Source: Balanoglossus misakiensis
Lineage: Eukaryota; Animalia; Hemichordata
Direction of reading: 5' to 3'
NCBI GenBank assembly: GCA_040954595.2
Contig: CM082585.2
Span: 1,640,802-1,704,801 of the forward strand
Length of the DNA: 64,000 nt
Below the pieces are notes generated by a model, which saw only the letters and a list, made by a program, of their open reading frames with translations, was not told the origin of the DNA and did not search any database. Both the position numbers and the translations under genes were made by a program. Below, piece after piece: positions 49,301 through 64,000 of the stretch. Within the stretch, counting starts at the first letter, position 1. Every line of letters begins with the position of its first letter.

Positions 49301-52300
49301 AAATCTCAAAATTTCGTCGATTTTTGAAAAAAATCATGGGTGAAAATCATCAAAAAATGACAAATTTTCGACTTTGCAAAATCTCAAAATTTCGTCAATT
49401 TTTGAAAAAATCATGGGTGAAAATCATCAAAAAATGACAAATTTTCGTCTTTGCAAAATCTCAAAATTTCGTCGGTTTTTGAAAAATAATATGGGTGAAA
49501 ATAATCAAAAAATGACAAATTTTTGACTGCAAAATCTCAACATTTCGTCGATTTTTGAAAAAAATCATGGGTGAAAATCATCAAAAAATGACAAATTTTC
49601 GACTTTGCAAAATCTCAAAATTTCGTCAATTTTTGAAAAAATCATGGGTAAAAATCATCAAAAATGACAAATTTTCGTCTTTGCAAAATCTCAAATTTTC
49701 GTCGATTTTTGAAAAAAAATCATGGTTGAAAATCATCAAAAAATGACAAAATTTTCGACTTTGTAAAATCACAAAATTTCGTCGATTTTGAAAAAAATCA
49801 TAGGTTCGTCGATTTTTAAAAAAAAAACATGGGTGAAAATCATCAAAAAATGATAAATTTTCGACTTTGCAAAATCTCAAAATTTCGTCGATTTTTGAAG
49901 AAAATCAAGGGTGAAAATCATCAAAAAATGACAAATTTTGAAAAAAAACGGGTGAAAATCATCAAAAAATGACACATTTTCGTCGACTTTGCAAAATCTC
50001 AAAATTTCGTCGATTTTTGAAAAAAATCATGGGGGAAAATCATGAAAAAATGACAAATTTTCCTCTTTGCAAAATCTCAAAATTTCGTCGATTTTTAAAA
50101 AAAGACATGGGTGAAAATCATCAAAAAATAACAAATTTTCGACTTTGCAAAACCTCAAAATTTCGTCCATTTTTGAAAAAAAATCATGGGTAAAAATCAT
50201 CATAAAATGACAAATTTTCGTCTTTGCAAAATCTCACAATTTCGTCGATTTTTGAAAAAAATCATGTGTGAAAATCATCAAAAAATGACAAATTTTCGAC
50301 TTTGCAAAATCTCAAAATTTCGTCAATTTTTGAAAAAATCATGGGTGAAAATCATCAAAAAATAACAAATTTTCGTCTTTGCAAAATCTCAAAATTTCGT
50401 CCATTTAAAAAAAAAAACATGGGGGAAAATCATCAAAAAATGACACATTTACGACTTTGCAAAATCTCAAAATTTCGTCGATTTTTGGAAAAAAACCATG
50501 GGTGAACATCATGAAAAAATGACAAATTTTCCTCTTTGCAAAATCTCAAAATTTCGTCGATTTTTGAAAAAAAATCATGGGTGAAAATCATCAAAAAATG
50601 ACAAATTTTGAAAAAAAAACGGGTGAAAATCATCAAAAAATGACACATTTTCGTCGTCTTTGCAAAATCTCACAATTTCGTCGATTTTTGAAAAAAATCA
50701 TGTGTGAAAATCATCAAAAAATGACAAATTTTCGACTTTGCAAAATCTCAAAATTTCGTCAATTTTTGAAAAAATCATGGGTGAAAATCATCAAAAAATA
50801 ACAAATTTTCGTCTTTGCAAAATCTCAAAATTTCGTCAATTTTTGAAAAAATCATGGGTGAAAATCATCAAAAAATGACAAATTTTCGTCTTTGCAAAAT
50901 CTCAAAATTTCGTCAATTTTCAAAAAAAAACATGGGGGAAAATCATCAAAAAATGACAAATGTTCGACTTTGCAAAATCTCAAAATTTCGTCGATTTTTG
51001 AAAAAAATCATGGGTGAAAATCATCAAAAAATGACAAATTTTCGACTTTGCAAAATCTCAAAATTTCGTCAATTTTTGAAAAAATCATGGGTGAAAATCA
51101 TCAAAAAATGACAAATTTTCGTCTTTGCAAAATCTCAAAATTTCGTCGGTTTTTGAAAAATAATATGGGTGAAAATAATCAAAAAATGACAAATTTTTGA
51201 CTGCAAAATCTCAACATTTCGTCGATTTTTGAAAAAAATCATGGGTGAAAATCATCAAAAAATGACAAATTTTCGACTTTGCAAAATCTCAAAATTTCGT
51301 CAATTTTTGAAAAAATCATAGGTGAAAATCATCAAAAAATGACAAATTTTCGTCTATGCAAAATCTCAAAATTTCGTCGATTTTTGAAAAAAATCATGGG
51401 TGAAAATCATCAAAAAATGACAAATTTTCGACTTTGCAAAATCTCAAAATTTCGTCAATTTTTGAAAAAATCATGGGTGAAAATCATCAAAAAATGACAA
51501 ATTTTCGTCTTTGCAAAATCTCAAAATTTCGTCGGTTTTTGAAAAATAATATGGGTGAAAATAATCAAAAAATGACAAATTTTTGACTGCAAAATCTCAA
51601 CATTTCGTCGATTTTTGAAAAAAATCATGGGTGAAAATCATCAAAAAATGACAAATTTTCGACTTTGCAAAATCTCAAAATTTCGTCAATTTTTGAAAAA
51701 ATCATAGGTGAAAATCATCAAAAAATGACAAATTTTCGTCTATGCAAAATCTCAAAATTTCGTCGATTTTTGAAAAAAAATCATGGGTGAAAATCATCAA
51801 AAAATGACAAATTTTCGACTTTGCAAAATCTCAAAATTTCGTCAATTTTTGAAAAAATCATAGGTGAAAATCATCAAAAAATGACAAATTTTCGTCTATG
51901 CAAAATCTCAAAATTTCGTCGATTTTTGAAAAAAATCATGGGTGAAAATCATCAAAAAATGACAAATTTTCGATTTTGCAAAATCTCAAAATTTCGTCGA
52001 TTTTTGAAAAAAAATCAGGGTTGAAAATCATCAAAAAATGACAAAATTTTCGACTTTGCAAAATCACAAAATTTCGTCGGTTTTGAAAAAAATCATGGGT
52101 TCGTCGATTTTTTTAAATAAAAACATGGGTGAAAATCATCAAAAAATGACCAATGTTCGACTTTGCAAAATCTAAAAATTTCGTCGATTTTTGAAAAAAA
52201 ATCATGGGTGAAAATCATCAAAAAATGACAAATTTTCGACTTTGCAAAATCTCAAAATTTCGTCAATTTTTAAAAAAAGACATGGGTGAAAATCATCAAA

Positions 52301-55300
52301 AAATGACAAATTTTCGACTTTGCAAAATCTCACAATTTCGTCGATTTTGAAAAAAAACATAGGTTCGTCGATTTTTAAAAAAAAAACATGGGTGAAAATC
52401 ATCAAAAAATGACAAATTTTCGACTTTGCAAAATCTCACAATTTCGTCGATTTTTGAAAAAAATCATGGGAGAAAATCATCAAAAAATGACAAATTTTGA
52501 AAAAAAACGGGTGAAAATCATCAAAAAATGACACATTTTCGACTTTGCAAAATCTCAAAATTTCGTCGATTTTTCAAAAAAATCATGGGTGAAAATCATC
52601 AAAAAATGACAAATTTTCGACTTTGCAAAATCTCAAAATTTCGTCGATTTTTGAAAAAAATCATGGGTGAAAATCATAAAAAATGACAAATTTTGAAAAA
52701 AAAACGTGTGAAAATCATCAAAAAATGACACATTTTCGACTTTGCAAAATCTCAAAATTTCGTCGATTTTTGAAAAAAAATCATGCTGAAAATCATCAAA
52801 AAATGACAAATTTTCGACTTTGCAAAATCTCACAATTTCGTCGATTTTTGAAAAAATCATGGGTGAAAATCATCAAAAAATGACAAATTTTCGTCTTTGC
52901 AAAATCTCAAAATTTCGTCGGTTTTTGAAAAATAATATGGGTGAAAATCATCAAAAAATGACAAATTTTCGATTTTGCAAAATCTCAAAATTTCGTCGAT
53001 TTTTGAAAAAAAATCATGGTTGAAAATCATCAAAAAATGACCAAATTTTCGACTTTGCAAAATCACAAAATTTCGTCGATTTTGAAAAAAATCATAGGTT
53101 CGTCGATTTTTTAAAAAAAAACATGGGTGAAAATCATCAAAAAATGACAAATTTTCGACTTTGCAAAATCTCAAAATTTCGTCGATTTTTGAAAAAAATC
53201 ATGGGGGAAAAATCATCAAAAAATGACAAATTTTCGACTTTGCAAAATCTCAAAATTTCGTCCATTTTTGAAAAAAAATCATGGGTAAAAATCATCAAAA
53301 AATGACAAATTTTCGTCTTTGCAAAATCTCACAATTTCGTCGATTTTTGAAAAAAATCATGTGTGAAAATCATCAAAAAATGACAAATTTTCGACTTTGC
53401 AAAATCTCAAAATTTCGTCGATTTTGAAAAAAAACATAGGTTCGTCGATTTTTTAAAAAAAAACATGGGTGAAAATCATCAAAAAATGACACATTTTCGA
53501 CTTTGCAAAATCTCAAAATTTCGTCGATTTTTGAAAAAAATCATGGGTGAAAATCATCAAAAAATGACAAATTTTCGACTTTGCAAAATCTCACAATTTC
53601 GTCGATTTTTGAAAAAATCATGGGTGAAAATCATCAAAAAATTACAAATTTTCGTCTTTGCAAAATCTCAAAATTTCGTCGGTTTTTGAAAAAAAATATG
53701 GGTGAAAATCATCAAAAAATGACAAATTTTCGATTTTGCAAAATCTCAAAATTTCGTCGATTTTTGAAAAAAAATCATGGTTGAAAATCATCAAAAAATG
53801 ACCAAATTTTCGTCTTTGCAAAATCACAAAATTTCGTCGATTTTGAAAAAAATCATAGGTTCGTCGATTTTTTAAAAAAAAACATGGGTGAAAATCATCA
53901 AAAAATGACAAATTTTCGACTTTGCAAAATCTCAAAATTTCGTCCATTTTTGAAAAAAATCATGGGGGAAAATCATCAAAAAATGACACATTTTCGACTT
54001 TGCAAAATCTCAAAATTTCGTCCATTTTTGAAAAAAAAATCATGGGTAAAAAGCATCAAAAAATGACAAATTTTCGTCTTTGCAAAATCTCACAATTTCG
54101 TCGATTTTTGAAAAAAATCATGTGTGAAAATCATCAAAAAATGACAAATTTTCGACTTTGCAAAATCTCAAAATTTCGTCGATTTTTGAAAAAAAATCAT
54201 GGGTGAAAAATCATCAAAAAATGACAAATTTTCGACTTTGCAAAATCTCAAAATTTAGTCAATTTTTGAAAAAATCATGGGTGAAAATCATCAAAAAATG
54301 ACAAATTTTCATGTTTGCAAAATCTCAAAATTTCGTCGGTTTTTGAAAAATAATCATGGTTGAAAATCATCAAAAAATGACAAATTTTCGATTTTGCAAA
54401 ATCACAAAATTTCGTCGATTTTTGAAAAAAATCATGGGTGAAAATCATGAAAAAATGACAACTTTTGAAAAAAAAAACGGGTGAAAATCATCAAAAAATG
54501 ACACATTTTCGACTTTGCAAAATCTCAAAATTTCGTCCATTTCTGAAAAAAAATTATGGGTAAAAATCATCAAAAATGACAAATTTTCATCTTTGCAAAA
54601 TCTCAAATTTTCGTCGATTTTTGAAAAAAAATCATGGTTGAAAATCATCAACAAATGACAAAATTTTCGACTTTGCAAAATCTCAACATTTCGTCGATTT
54701 TTGAAAAAAATCATGGGTGAAAATCATCAAAAAATGACAAATTTTCGACTTTGCAAAATCTCAACATTTCGTCGATTTTTGAAAAAAATCATGGGCGAAA
54801 ATCATCAAAAAATGACAAATTTTCGACTTCGCAAAATCTCAAAATTTCGTCGATTTTTGAAAAAAATCATCGGTGAAAATCATCAAAAAATGACACATTT
54901 TCGACTTTGCAAAATCTCAAAATTTCGTCGATTTTTGAAAAAAAATCATGGGTGAAAATCATCAAAAAATGACAAATTTTGAAAAAAAACGGGTGAAAAT
55001 CATCAAAAAATGACACATTTTCGACTTTGCAAAATCTCAAAATTTCGTCGATTTTTGAAAAAAAATCATGGGTGAAAATCATCAAAAAATGACAAATTTT
55101 CGTCTTTGCAAAATCTCAAAATTTCGTCCATTTTTGAAAAAAAATCATGGGGGAAAATCATCAAAAAATGACAAATTTTCGACTTTGCAAAATCTCAAAA
55201 TTTCGTCGATTTTGAAAAAAACCATTGGGGGAAAATCATCAAAAAATGACAAATTTTCGATTTTGCAAAATCTCAAAATTTCGTCGATTTTTGAAAAAAA

Positions 55301-58300
55301 ATCAGGGTTGAAAATCATCAAAAAATGACAAAATTTTCGACTTTGCAAAATCACAAAATTTCGTCGATTTTGAAAAAAATCATAGGTTCGTCGATTTTTT
55401 AAAAAAAAACATGGGTGAAAATCATCAAAAAATGACACATTTTCGACTTTGCAAAATCTCAAAATTTCGTCGATTTTTGAAAAAAATCATGGGTGAAAAT
55501 CATCAAAAAATGACACATTTTCGACTTTGCAAAATCTCAAAATTTCGTCGATTTTTGAAAAAAAATCATGGGTGAAAATCATCAAAAAATGACAAATTTT
55601 GAAAAAAAACGGGTGAAAATCATCAAAAAATGACAAATTTTCGACTTTGCAAAATCTCAAAATTTCGTCGATTTTGAAAAAAACCATTGGGGGAAAATCA
55701 TCAAAAAATGACAAATTTTCGATTTTGCAAAATCTCAAAATTTCGTCGATTTTTGAAAAAAAATCAGGGTTGAAAATCATCAAAAAATGACAAAATTTTC
55801 GACTTTGCAAAATCACAAAATTTCGTCGATTTTGAAAAAAATCATAGGTTCGTCGATTTTTTAAAAAAAAACATGGGTGAAAATCATCAAAAAATGACAC
55901 ATTTTCGACTTTGCAAAATCTCAAAATTTCGTCGATTTTGAAAAAAACCATTGGGGGAAAATCATCAAAAAATGACAAATTTTCGATTTTGCAAAATCTC
56001 AAAATTTCGTCGATTTTTGAAAAAAAATCAGGGTTGAAAATCATCAAAAAATGACAAAATTTTCGACTTTGCAAAATCACAAAATTTCGTCGATTTTGAA
56101 AAAAATCATAGGTTCGTCGATTTTTAAAAAAAAAACATGGGTGAAAATCATCAAAAAATGACACATTTTCGACTTTGCAAAATCTCAAAATTTCGTCGAT
56201 TTGTGAAAAAAATCATGGGTGAAAATCATCGAAAAATGACAAATTTTCGACTTTGCAAAATCTCAAAATTTCGTCGATTTTTGAAAAAAATCATGGGTGA
56301 AAATCATGAAAAAATTACAAATTTTGAAAAAAAAACGGGTGAAAATCATCAAAAAATGACACATTTTCGACTTTGCAAAATCTCAAATTTTCGTCGATTT
56401 TTGAAAAAAAATCATGGTTGAAAATCATCAAAAAATGACAAAATTTTCGACTTTGCAAAATCTCAAAATTTCGTCGATTTTGAAAAAAATCATAGGTTCG
56501 TCGATTTCTAAAAAAAAACATTGGTGAAAATCATCAAAAAATGTCAAATTTTCGACTTTGCAAAATCTCAAAATTTCGTCGATTTTTGAAAAAAATCATG
56601 GGTGAAAATCATCAAAAAATGACAAATTTTCGACTTCGCAAAATCTCAAAATTTCGTCAATTTTTGAAAAAATCAGGGGTAAAAATCATCAAAAAATGAC
56701 AAATTTTCGTCTTTGCTAAATCTCAAAATTTCGTCGGTTTTTGAAAAATAATATGGGTGAAAATCATCAAAAAATGACAAATTTTCGACTTTGCAAAATC
56801 TCAACATTTCGTCGATTTTTGAAAAAAATCATGGGTGAAAATCATCAAAAAATGACAAATTTTCGACTTTGCAAAATCTCAAAATTTCGTCCATTTTAAA
56901 AAAAAAACATGGGGGAAAATCATCAAAAAATGAGAAAATTTTCGACTTTGCAAAATCTCAAAATTTCGTCGATTTTGAAAAAAATCATAGGTTCGTCGAT
57001 TTAAAAAAAAAAACATGGGTGAAAATCATCAAAAAATGACAAATTTTCGACTTTGCAAAATCTCACAATTTCGTCGATTTTTGAAAAAAATCATGGGAGA
57101 AAATCATCAAAAAATGACAAATTTTCGACTTTGCAAAATCTCAACATTTCGTCGATTTTTGAAAAAAATCATGGGTGAAAATCATCAAAAAATGACAAAT
57201 TTTCGACTTTGCAAAATCTCACAATTTCGTCGATTTTTGAAAAAAAATCATGGGTGAAAATCATCAAAAAATGACAAATTTTCGACTTTGCAAAATCTCA
57301 AAATTTCGTCCATTTTAAAAAAAAAACATGGGGGAAAATCATCAAAAAATGAGAAAATTTTCGACTTTGCAAAATCTCAAAATTTCGTCGATTTTGAAAA
57401 AAATCATAGGTTCGTCGATTTAAAAAAAAAACATGGGTGAAAATCATCAAAAAATGACAAATTTTCGACTTTGCAAAATCTCACAATTTCGTCGATTTTT
57501 GAAAAAAATCATGGGAGAAAATCATCAAAAAATGACAAATTTTCGACTTTGCAAAATCTCAACATTTCGTCGATTTTTGAAAAAAATCATGGGTGAAAAT
57601 CATCAAAAAATGACAAATTTTCGACTTTGCAAAATCTCAAAATTTCGTCGATTTTTGAAAAAAAATCATGGGTGTAAATCATCAAAAAATGACAAATTTT
57701 CGTCTTTGCAAAATCTCAAAATTTCGTCCATTTTTGAATAAAAATCATGGGTGAAAATCATCAAAAAATGACACATTTTCGACTTTGCAAAATCTAAAAA
57801 TTTCGTCGATTTTTGAAAAAAATCATGGTTGAAAATCATCAAAAAATGACAAAATGTTCGACTTTGTAAAATCACAAAATTTCGTCGATTTTGAAAAAAA
57901 TCATAGGTTCGTCGATTTCTAAAAAAAAACATGGGTGAAAATCATCAAAAAATGACAAATTTTCGACTTTGCAAAATCTCAAAATTTCGTCGATTTTTGA
58001 AAAAAATCATGGGTGAAAATCATCAAAAAATGACAAATTTTCATGTTTGCAAAATCTCAAAATTTCGTCGGTTTTTGAAAAATAATCATGGTTGAAAATC
58101 ATCAAAAAATGACAAATTTTCGATTTTGCAAAATCACAAAATTTCGTCGATTTTTGAAAAAAATCATGGGTGAAAATCATGAAAAAATGACAACTTTTGA
58201 AAAAAAAAAACGGGTGAAAATCATCAAAAAATGACACATTTTCGACTTTGCAAAATCTCAAAATTTCGTCCATTTCTGAAAAAAAATTATGGGTAAAAAT

Positions 58301-61300
58301 CATCAAAAATGACAAATTTTCATCTTTGCAAAATCTCAAATTTTCGTCGATTTTTGAAAAAAAATCATGGTTGAAAATCATCAACAAATGACAAAATTTT
58401 CGACTTTGCAAAATCTCAACATTTCGTCGATTTTTGAAAAAAATCATGGGTGAAAATCATCAAAAAATGACAAATTTTCGACTTTGCAAAATCTCAACAT
58501 TTCGTCGATTTTTGAAAAAAATCATGGGCGAAAATCATCAAAAAATGACAAATTTTCGACTTCGCAAAATCTCAAAATTTCGTCGATTTTTGAAAAAAAT
58601 CATCGGTGAAAATCATCAAAAATGACACATTTTCTACTTTGCAAAATCTCAAAATTTCGTCGATTTTTGAAAAAAAATCATGGGTGAAAATCATCAAAAA
58701 ATGACAAATTTTGAAAAAAAACGGGTGAAAATCATCAAAAAATGACACATTTTCGACTTTGCAAAATCTCAAAATTTCGTCGATTTTTGAAAAAAATCAT
58801 GGGTGAAAATCATCAAAAAATGACAAATTTTCGTCTTTGCAAAATCTCAAAATTTCGTCCATTTTTGAAAAAAAATCATGGGGGAAAATCATCAAAAAAT
58901 GACAAATTTTCGACTTTGCAAAATCTCAAAATTTCGTCGATTTTGAAAAAAAACCATTGGGGGAAAATCATCAAAAAATGACAAATTTTCGATTTTGCAA
59001 AATCTCAAAATTTCGTCGATTTTTGAAAAAAAATCAGGGTTGAAAATCATCAAAAAATGACAAAATTTTCGACTTTGCAAAATCACAAAATTTCGTCGAT
59101 TTTGAAAAAAATCATAGGTTCGTCGATTTTTTAAAAAAAAACATGGGTGAAAATCATCAAAAAATGACACATTTTCGACTTTGCAAAATCTCAAAATTTC
59201 GTCGATTTTTGAAAAAAATCATGGGTGAAAATCATCAAAAAATGACACATTTTCGACTTTGCAAAATCTCAAAATTTCGTCGATTTTTGAAAAAAAATCA
59301 TGGGTGAAAATCATCAAAAAATGACAAATTTTGAAAAAAACGGGTGAAAATCATCAAAAAATGACAAATTTTCGACTTTGCAAAATCTCAAAATTTCGTC
59401 GATTTTGAAAAAAACCATTGGGGGAAAATCATCAAAAAATGACAAATTTTCGATTTTGCAAAATCTCAAAATTTCGTCGATTTTTGAAAAAAAATCAGGG
59501 TTGAAAATCATCAAAAAATGACAAAATTTTCGACTTTGCAAAATCACAAAATTTCGTCGATTTTGAAAAAAATCATAGGTTCGTCGATTTTTAAAAAAAA
59601 AACATGGGTGAAAATCATCAAAAAATGACACATTTTCGACTTTGCAAAATCTCAAAATTTCGTCGATTTTGAAAAAAACCATTGGGGGAAAATCATCAAA
59701 AAATGACAAATTTTCGATTTTGCAAAATCTCAAAATTTCGTCGATTTTGAAAAAAAATCAGGGTTGAAAATCATCAAAAAATGACAAAATTTTCGACTTT
59801 GCAAAATCACAAAATTTCGTCGATTTTGAAAAAAATCATAGGTTCGTCGATTTTTAAAAAAAAAACATGGGTGAAAATCATCAAAAAATGACACATTTTC
59901 GACTTTGCAAAATCTCAAAATTTCGTCGATTTGTGAAAAAAATCATGGGTGAAAATCATCGAAAAATGACAAATTTTCGACTTTGCAAAATCTCAAAATT
60001 TCGTCGATTTTTGAAAAAAATCATGGGTGAAAATCATGAAAAAATGACAAATTTTGAAAAAAAAACGGGTGAAAATCATCAAAAAATGACACATTTTCGA
60101 CTTTGCAAAATCTCAAATTTTCGTCGATTTTTGAAAAAAAATCATGGTTGAAAATCATCAAAAAATGACAAAATTTTCGACTTTGCAAAATCTCAAAATT
60201 TCGTCGATTTTGAAAAAAACCATTGGGGGAAAATCATCAAAAAATGACAAATTTTCGATTTTGCAAAATCTCAAAATTTCGTCGATTTTTGAAAAAAAAT
60301 CAGGGTTGAAAATCATCAAAAAATGACAAAATTTTCGACTTTGCAAAATCACAAAATTTCGTCGATTTTGAAAAAAATCATAGGTTCGTCGATTTTTAAA
60401 AAAAAAACATGGGTGAAAATCATCAAAAAATGACAAATTTTGAAAAAAAACGGGTGAAAATCATCAAAAAATGACACATTTTCGACTTTGCAAAATCTCA
60501 AAATTTCGTCGATTTTTGAAAAAAAATCATGGGTGAAAATCATCAAAAAATGACAAATTTTCGTCTTTGCAAAATCTCAAAATTTCGTCCATTTTTGAAA
60601 AAAAATCATGGGGGAAAATCATCAAAAAATGACAAATTTTCGACTTTGCAAAATCTCAAAATTTCGTCGATTTTGAAAAAAAACATTGGGGGAAAATCAT
60701 CAAAAAATGACAAATTTTCGATTTTGCAAAATCTCAAAATTTCGTCGATTTTTGAAAAAAAATCAGGGTTGAAAATCATCAAAAAATGACAAAATTTTCG
60801 ACTTTGCAAAATCACAAAATTTCGTCGATTTTGAAAAAAATCATAGGTTCGTCGATTTTTTAAAAAAAAACATGGGTGAAAATCATCAAAAAATGACACA
60901 TTTTCGACTTTGCAAAATCTCAAAATTTCGTCGATTTTTGAAAAAAATCATGGGTGAAAATCATCAAAAAATGACACATTTTCGACTTTGCAAAATCTCA
61001 AAATTTCGTCGATTTTTGAAAAAAAATCATGGGTGAAAATCATCAAAAAATGACAAATTTTGAAAAAAAACGGGTGAAAATCATCAAAAAATGACAAATT
61101 TTCGACTTTGCAAAATCTCAAAATTTCGTCGATTTTGAAAAAAACCATTGGGGGAAAATCATCAAAAAATGACAAATTTTCGATTTTGCAAAATCTCAAA
61201 ATTTCGTCGATTTTTGAAAAAAAATCAGGGTTGAAAATCATCAAAAAATGACAAAATTTTCGACTTTGCAAAATCACAAAATTTCGTCGATTTTGAAAAA

Positions 61301-64000
61301 AATCATAGGTTCGTCGATTTTTTAAAAAAAAACATGGGTGAAAATCATCAAAAAATGACACATTTTCGACTTTGCAAAATCTCAAAATTTCGTCGATTTT
61401 GAAAAAAACCATTGGGGGAAAATCATCAAAAAATGACAAATTTTCGATTTTGCAAAATCTCAAAATGTCGTCGATTTTTGAAAAAAAATCAGGGTTGAAA
61501 ATCATCAAAAAATGACAAAATTTTCGACTTTGCAAAATCACAAAATTTCGTCGATTTTGAAAAAAATCATAGGTTCGTCGATTTTAAAAAAAAAACATGG
61601 GTGAAAATCATCAAAAAATGACACATTTTCGACTTTGCAAAATCTCAAAATTTCGTCGATTTGTGAAAAAAATCATGGGTGAAAATCATCGAAAAATGAC
61701 AAATTTTCGACTTTGCAAAATCTCAAAATTTCGTCGATTTTTGAAAAAAATCATGGGTGAAAATCATGAAAAAATGACAAATTTTGAAAAAAAAACGGGT
61801 GAAAATCATCAAAAAATGACACATTTTCGACTTTGCAAAATCTCAAATTTTCGTCGATTTTTGAAAAAAAATCATGGTTGAAAATCATCAAAAAATGACA
61901 AAATTTTCGACTTTGCAAAATCTCAAAATTTCGTCGATTTTGAAAAAAATCATAGGTTCGTCGATTTCTAAAAAAAACATTGGTGAAAATCATCAAAAAA
62001 TGACAAATTTTCGACTTTGCAAAATCTCAAAATTTCGTCGATTTTTGAAAAAAATCATGGGTGAAAATCATCAAAAAATGACAAATTTTCGACTTCGCAA
62101 AATCTCAAAATTTCGTCAATTTTTGAAAAAATCAGGGTAAAAATCATCAAAAAATGACAAATTTTCGTCTTTGCTAAATCTCAAAATTTCGTCGGTTTTT
62201 GAAAAATAATATGGGTGAAAATCATCAAAAAATGACAAATTTTCGACTTTGCAAAATCTCAACATTTCGTCGATTTTTGAAAAAAATCATGGGTGAAAAT
62301 CATCAAAAAATGACAAATTTTCGACTTTGCAAAATCTCAAAATTTCGTCCATTTTAAAAAAAAAACATGGGGGAAAATCATCAAAAAATGAGAAAATTTT
62401 CGACTTTGCAAAATCTCAAAATTTCGTCGATTTTGAAAAAAATCATAGGTTCGTCGATTTAAAAAAAAAAACATGGGTGAAAATCATCAAAAAATGACAA
62501 ATTTTCGACTTTGCAAAATCTCACAATTTCGTCGATTTTTGAAAAAAATCATGGGAGAAAATCATCAAAAAATGACAAATTTTCGACTTTGCAAAATCTC
62601 AACATTTCGTCGATTTTTGAAAAAAATCATGGGTGAAAATCATCAAAAAATGACAAATTTTCGACTTTGCAAAATCTCACAATTTCGTCGATTTTTGAAA
62701 AAAAATCATGGGTGAAAATCATCAAAAAATGACAAATTTTCGACTTTGCAAAATCTCAAAATTTCGTCCATTTTAAAAAAAAAAACATGGGGGAAAATCA
62801 TCAAAAAATGAGAAAATTTTCGACTTTGCAAAATCTCAAAATTTCGTCGATTTTGAAAAAAATCATAGGTTCGTCGATTTAAAAAAAAAACATGGGTGAA
62901 AATCATCAAAAAATGACAAATTTTCGACTTTGCAAAATCTCACAATTTCGTCGATTTTTGAAAAAAATCATGGGAGAAAATCATCAAAAAATGACAAATT
63001 TTCGACTTTGCAAAATCTCAACATTTCGTCGATTTTTGAAAAAAATCATGGGTGAAAATCATCAAAAAATGACAAATTTTCGACTTTGCAAAATCTCAAA
63101 ATTTCGTCGATTTTTGAAAAAAAATCATGGGTGTAAATCATCAAAAAATGACAAATTTTCGTCTTTGCAAAATCTCAAAATTTCGTCCATTTTTGAATAA
63201 AAATCATGGGTGAAAATCATCAAAAAATGACACATTTTCGACTTTGCAAAATCTAAAAATTTCGTCGATTTTTGAAAAAAATCATGGTTGAAAATCATCA
63301 AAAAATGACAAAATGTTCGACTTTGTAAAATCACAAAATTTCGTCGATTTTGAAAAAAATCATAGGTTCGTCGATTTCTAAAAAAAACATGGGTGAAAAT
63401 CATCAAAAAATGACAAATTTTCGACTTTGCAAAATCTCAAAATTTCGTCGATTTTTGAAAAAAATCATGGGTGAAAATCATCAAAAAATGACAAATTTTG
63501 AAAAAAAACGGGTGAAAATCATCAAAAAATGACACATTTTCGACTTTGCAAAATCTCAAAATTTCGTCGATTTTTGAAAAAAAATCATGGGTGAAAATCA
63601 TCAAAAAATGACAAATTTTCGTCTTTGCAAAATCTCAAAATTTCGTCCATTTTTGAAAAAAAATCATGGGGGAAAATCATCAAAAAATGACAAATTTTCG
63701 ACTTTGCAAAATCTCAAAATTTCGTCGATTTTGAAAAAAAACCATTGGGGGAAAATCATCAAAAAATGACAAATTTTCGATTTTGCAAAATCTCAAAATT
63801 TCGTCGATTTTTGAAAAAAAATCAGGGTTGAAAATCATCAAAAAATGACAAAATTTTCGACTTTGCAAAATCACAAAATTTCGTCGATTTTGAAAAAAAT
63901 CATAGGTTCGTCGATTTTTTAAAAAAAAACATGGGTGAAAATCATCAAAAAATGACACATTTTCGACTTTGCAAAATCTCAAAATTTCGTCGATTTTTGA
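40340..64000. repeat. 78-bp satellite array (over 23.6 kb, runs off the window) with higher-order structure
   Basis: Consensus atgggtgaaaatcatcaaaaaatgacaaattttcgactttgcaaaatctcaaaatttcgtcgatttttgaaaaaaatc (26 codons = 78 bp; 77-79 bp with A-run variation). Recurrent short and long variant monomers. Confidence 0.98.

Noticed and set aside
40390-63982. Numerous ORFs (MGENHQKMTNFRLCKISK... and antisense)
   Set aside because: Artefacts of a 78-bp (3n) monomer lacking stops; frames shift at random with A-run length.
40340-64000. CRISPR array or CENP-B box
   Set aside because: No unique spacers. TTCG and CGGG occur, but not in the TTCG....A..CGGG spacing.

Overview
AT-rich animal (eukaryotic) genomic DNA. 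The repeat types suggest a marine invertebrate, but that is inference only. Bases 1-40.3 kb are a dense mosaic of non-autonomous DNA transposons (Helentron/HINE-like, Kolobok-like, Harbinger-like, Academ-like, piggyBac-like, hAT-like, Crypton-like), many of them nested. They also hold two LINE fragments, a spliced and decayed hAT/ZNF862-like transposase, and a frameshifted terminal exon resembling UBE2J1 that lies between piggyBac-like TIRs. A diverged tandem duplication (about 4.1-9.7 kb vs 12.3-16.2 kb) carries four paralogous 73-75 nt minus-strand exon-like cassettes. With an upstream hairpin-bearing exon at about 17.0 kb, they may form a spliced, structured non-coding RNA whose exons base-pair with each other and whose splice junction creates a hairpin; this is the most unusual signal I found. 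From 40,340 to the end is a 78-bp satellite with multi-level higher-order repeats (pericentromere/centromere-like). No intact protein-coding gene, rRNA, tRNA or CRISPR array is supported. Nearly all listed ORFs are spurious. Family assignments come from termini, TSDs and remembered motifs, not database searches.
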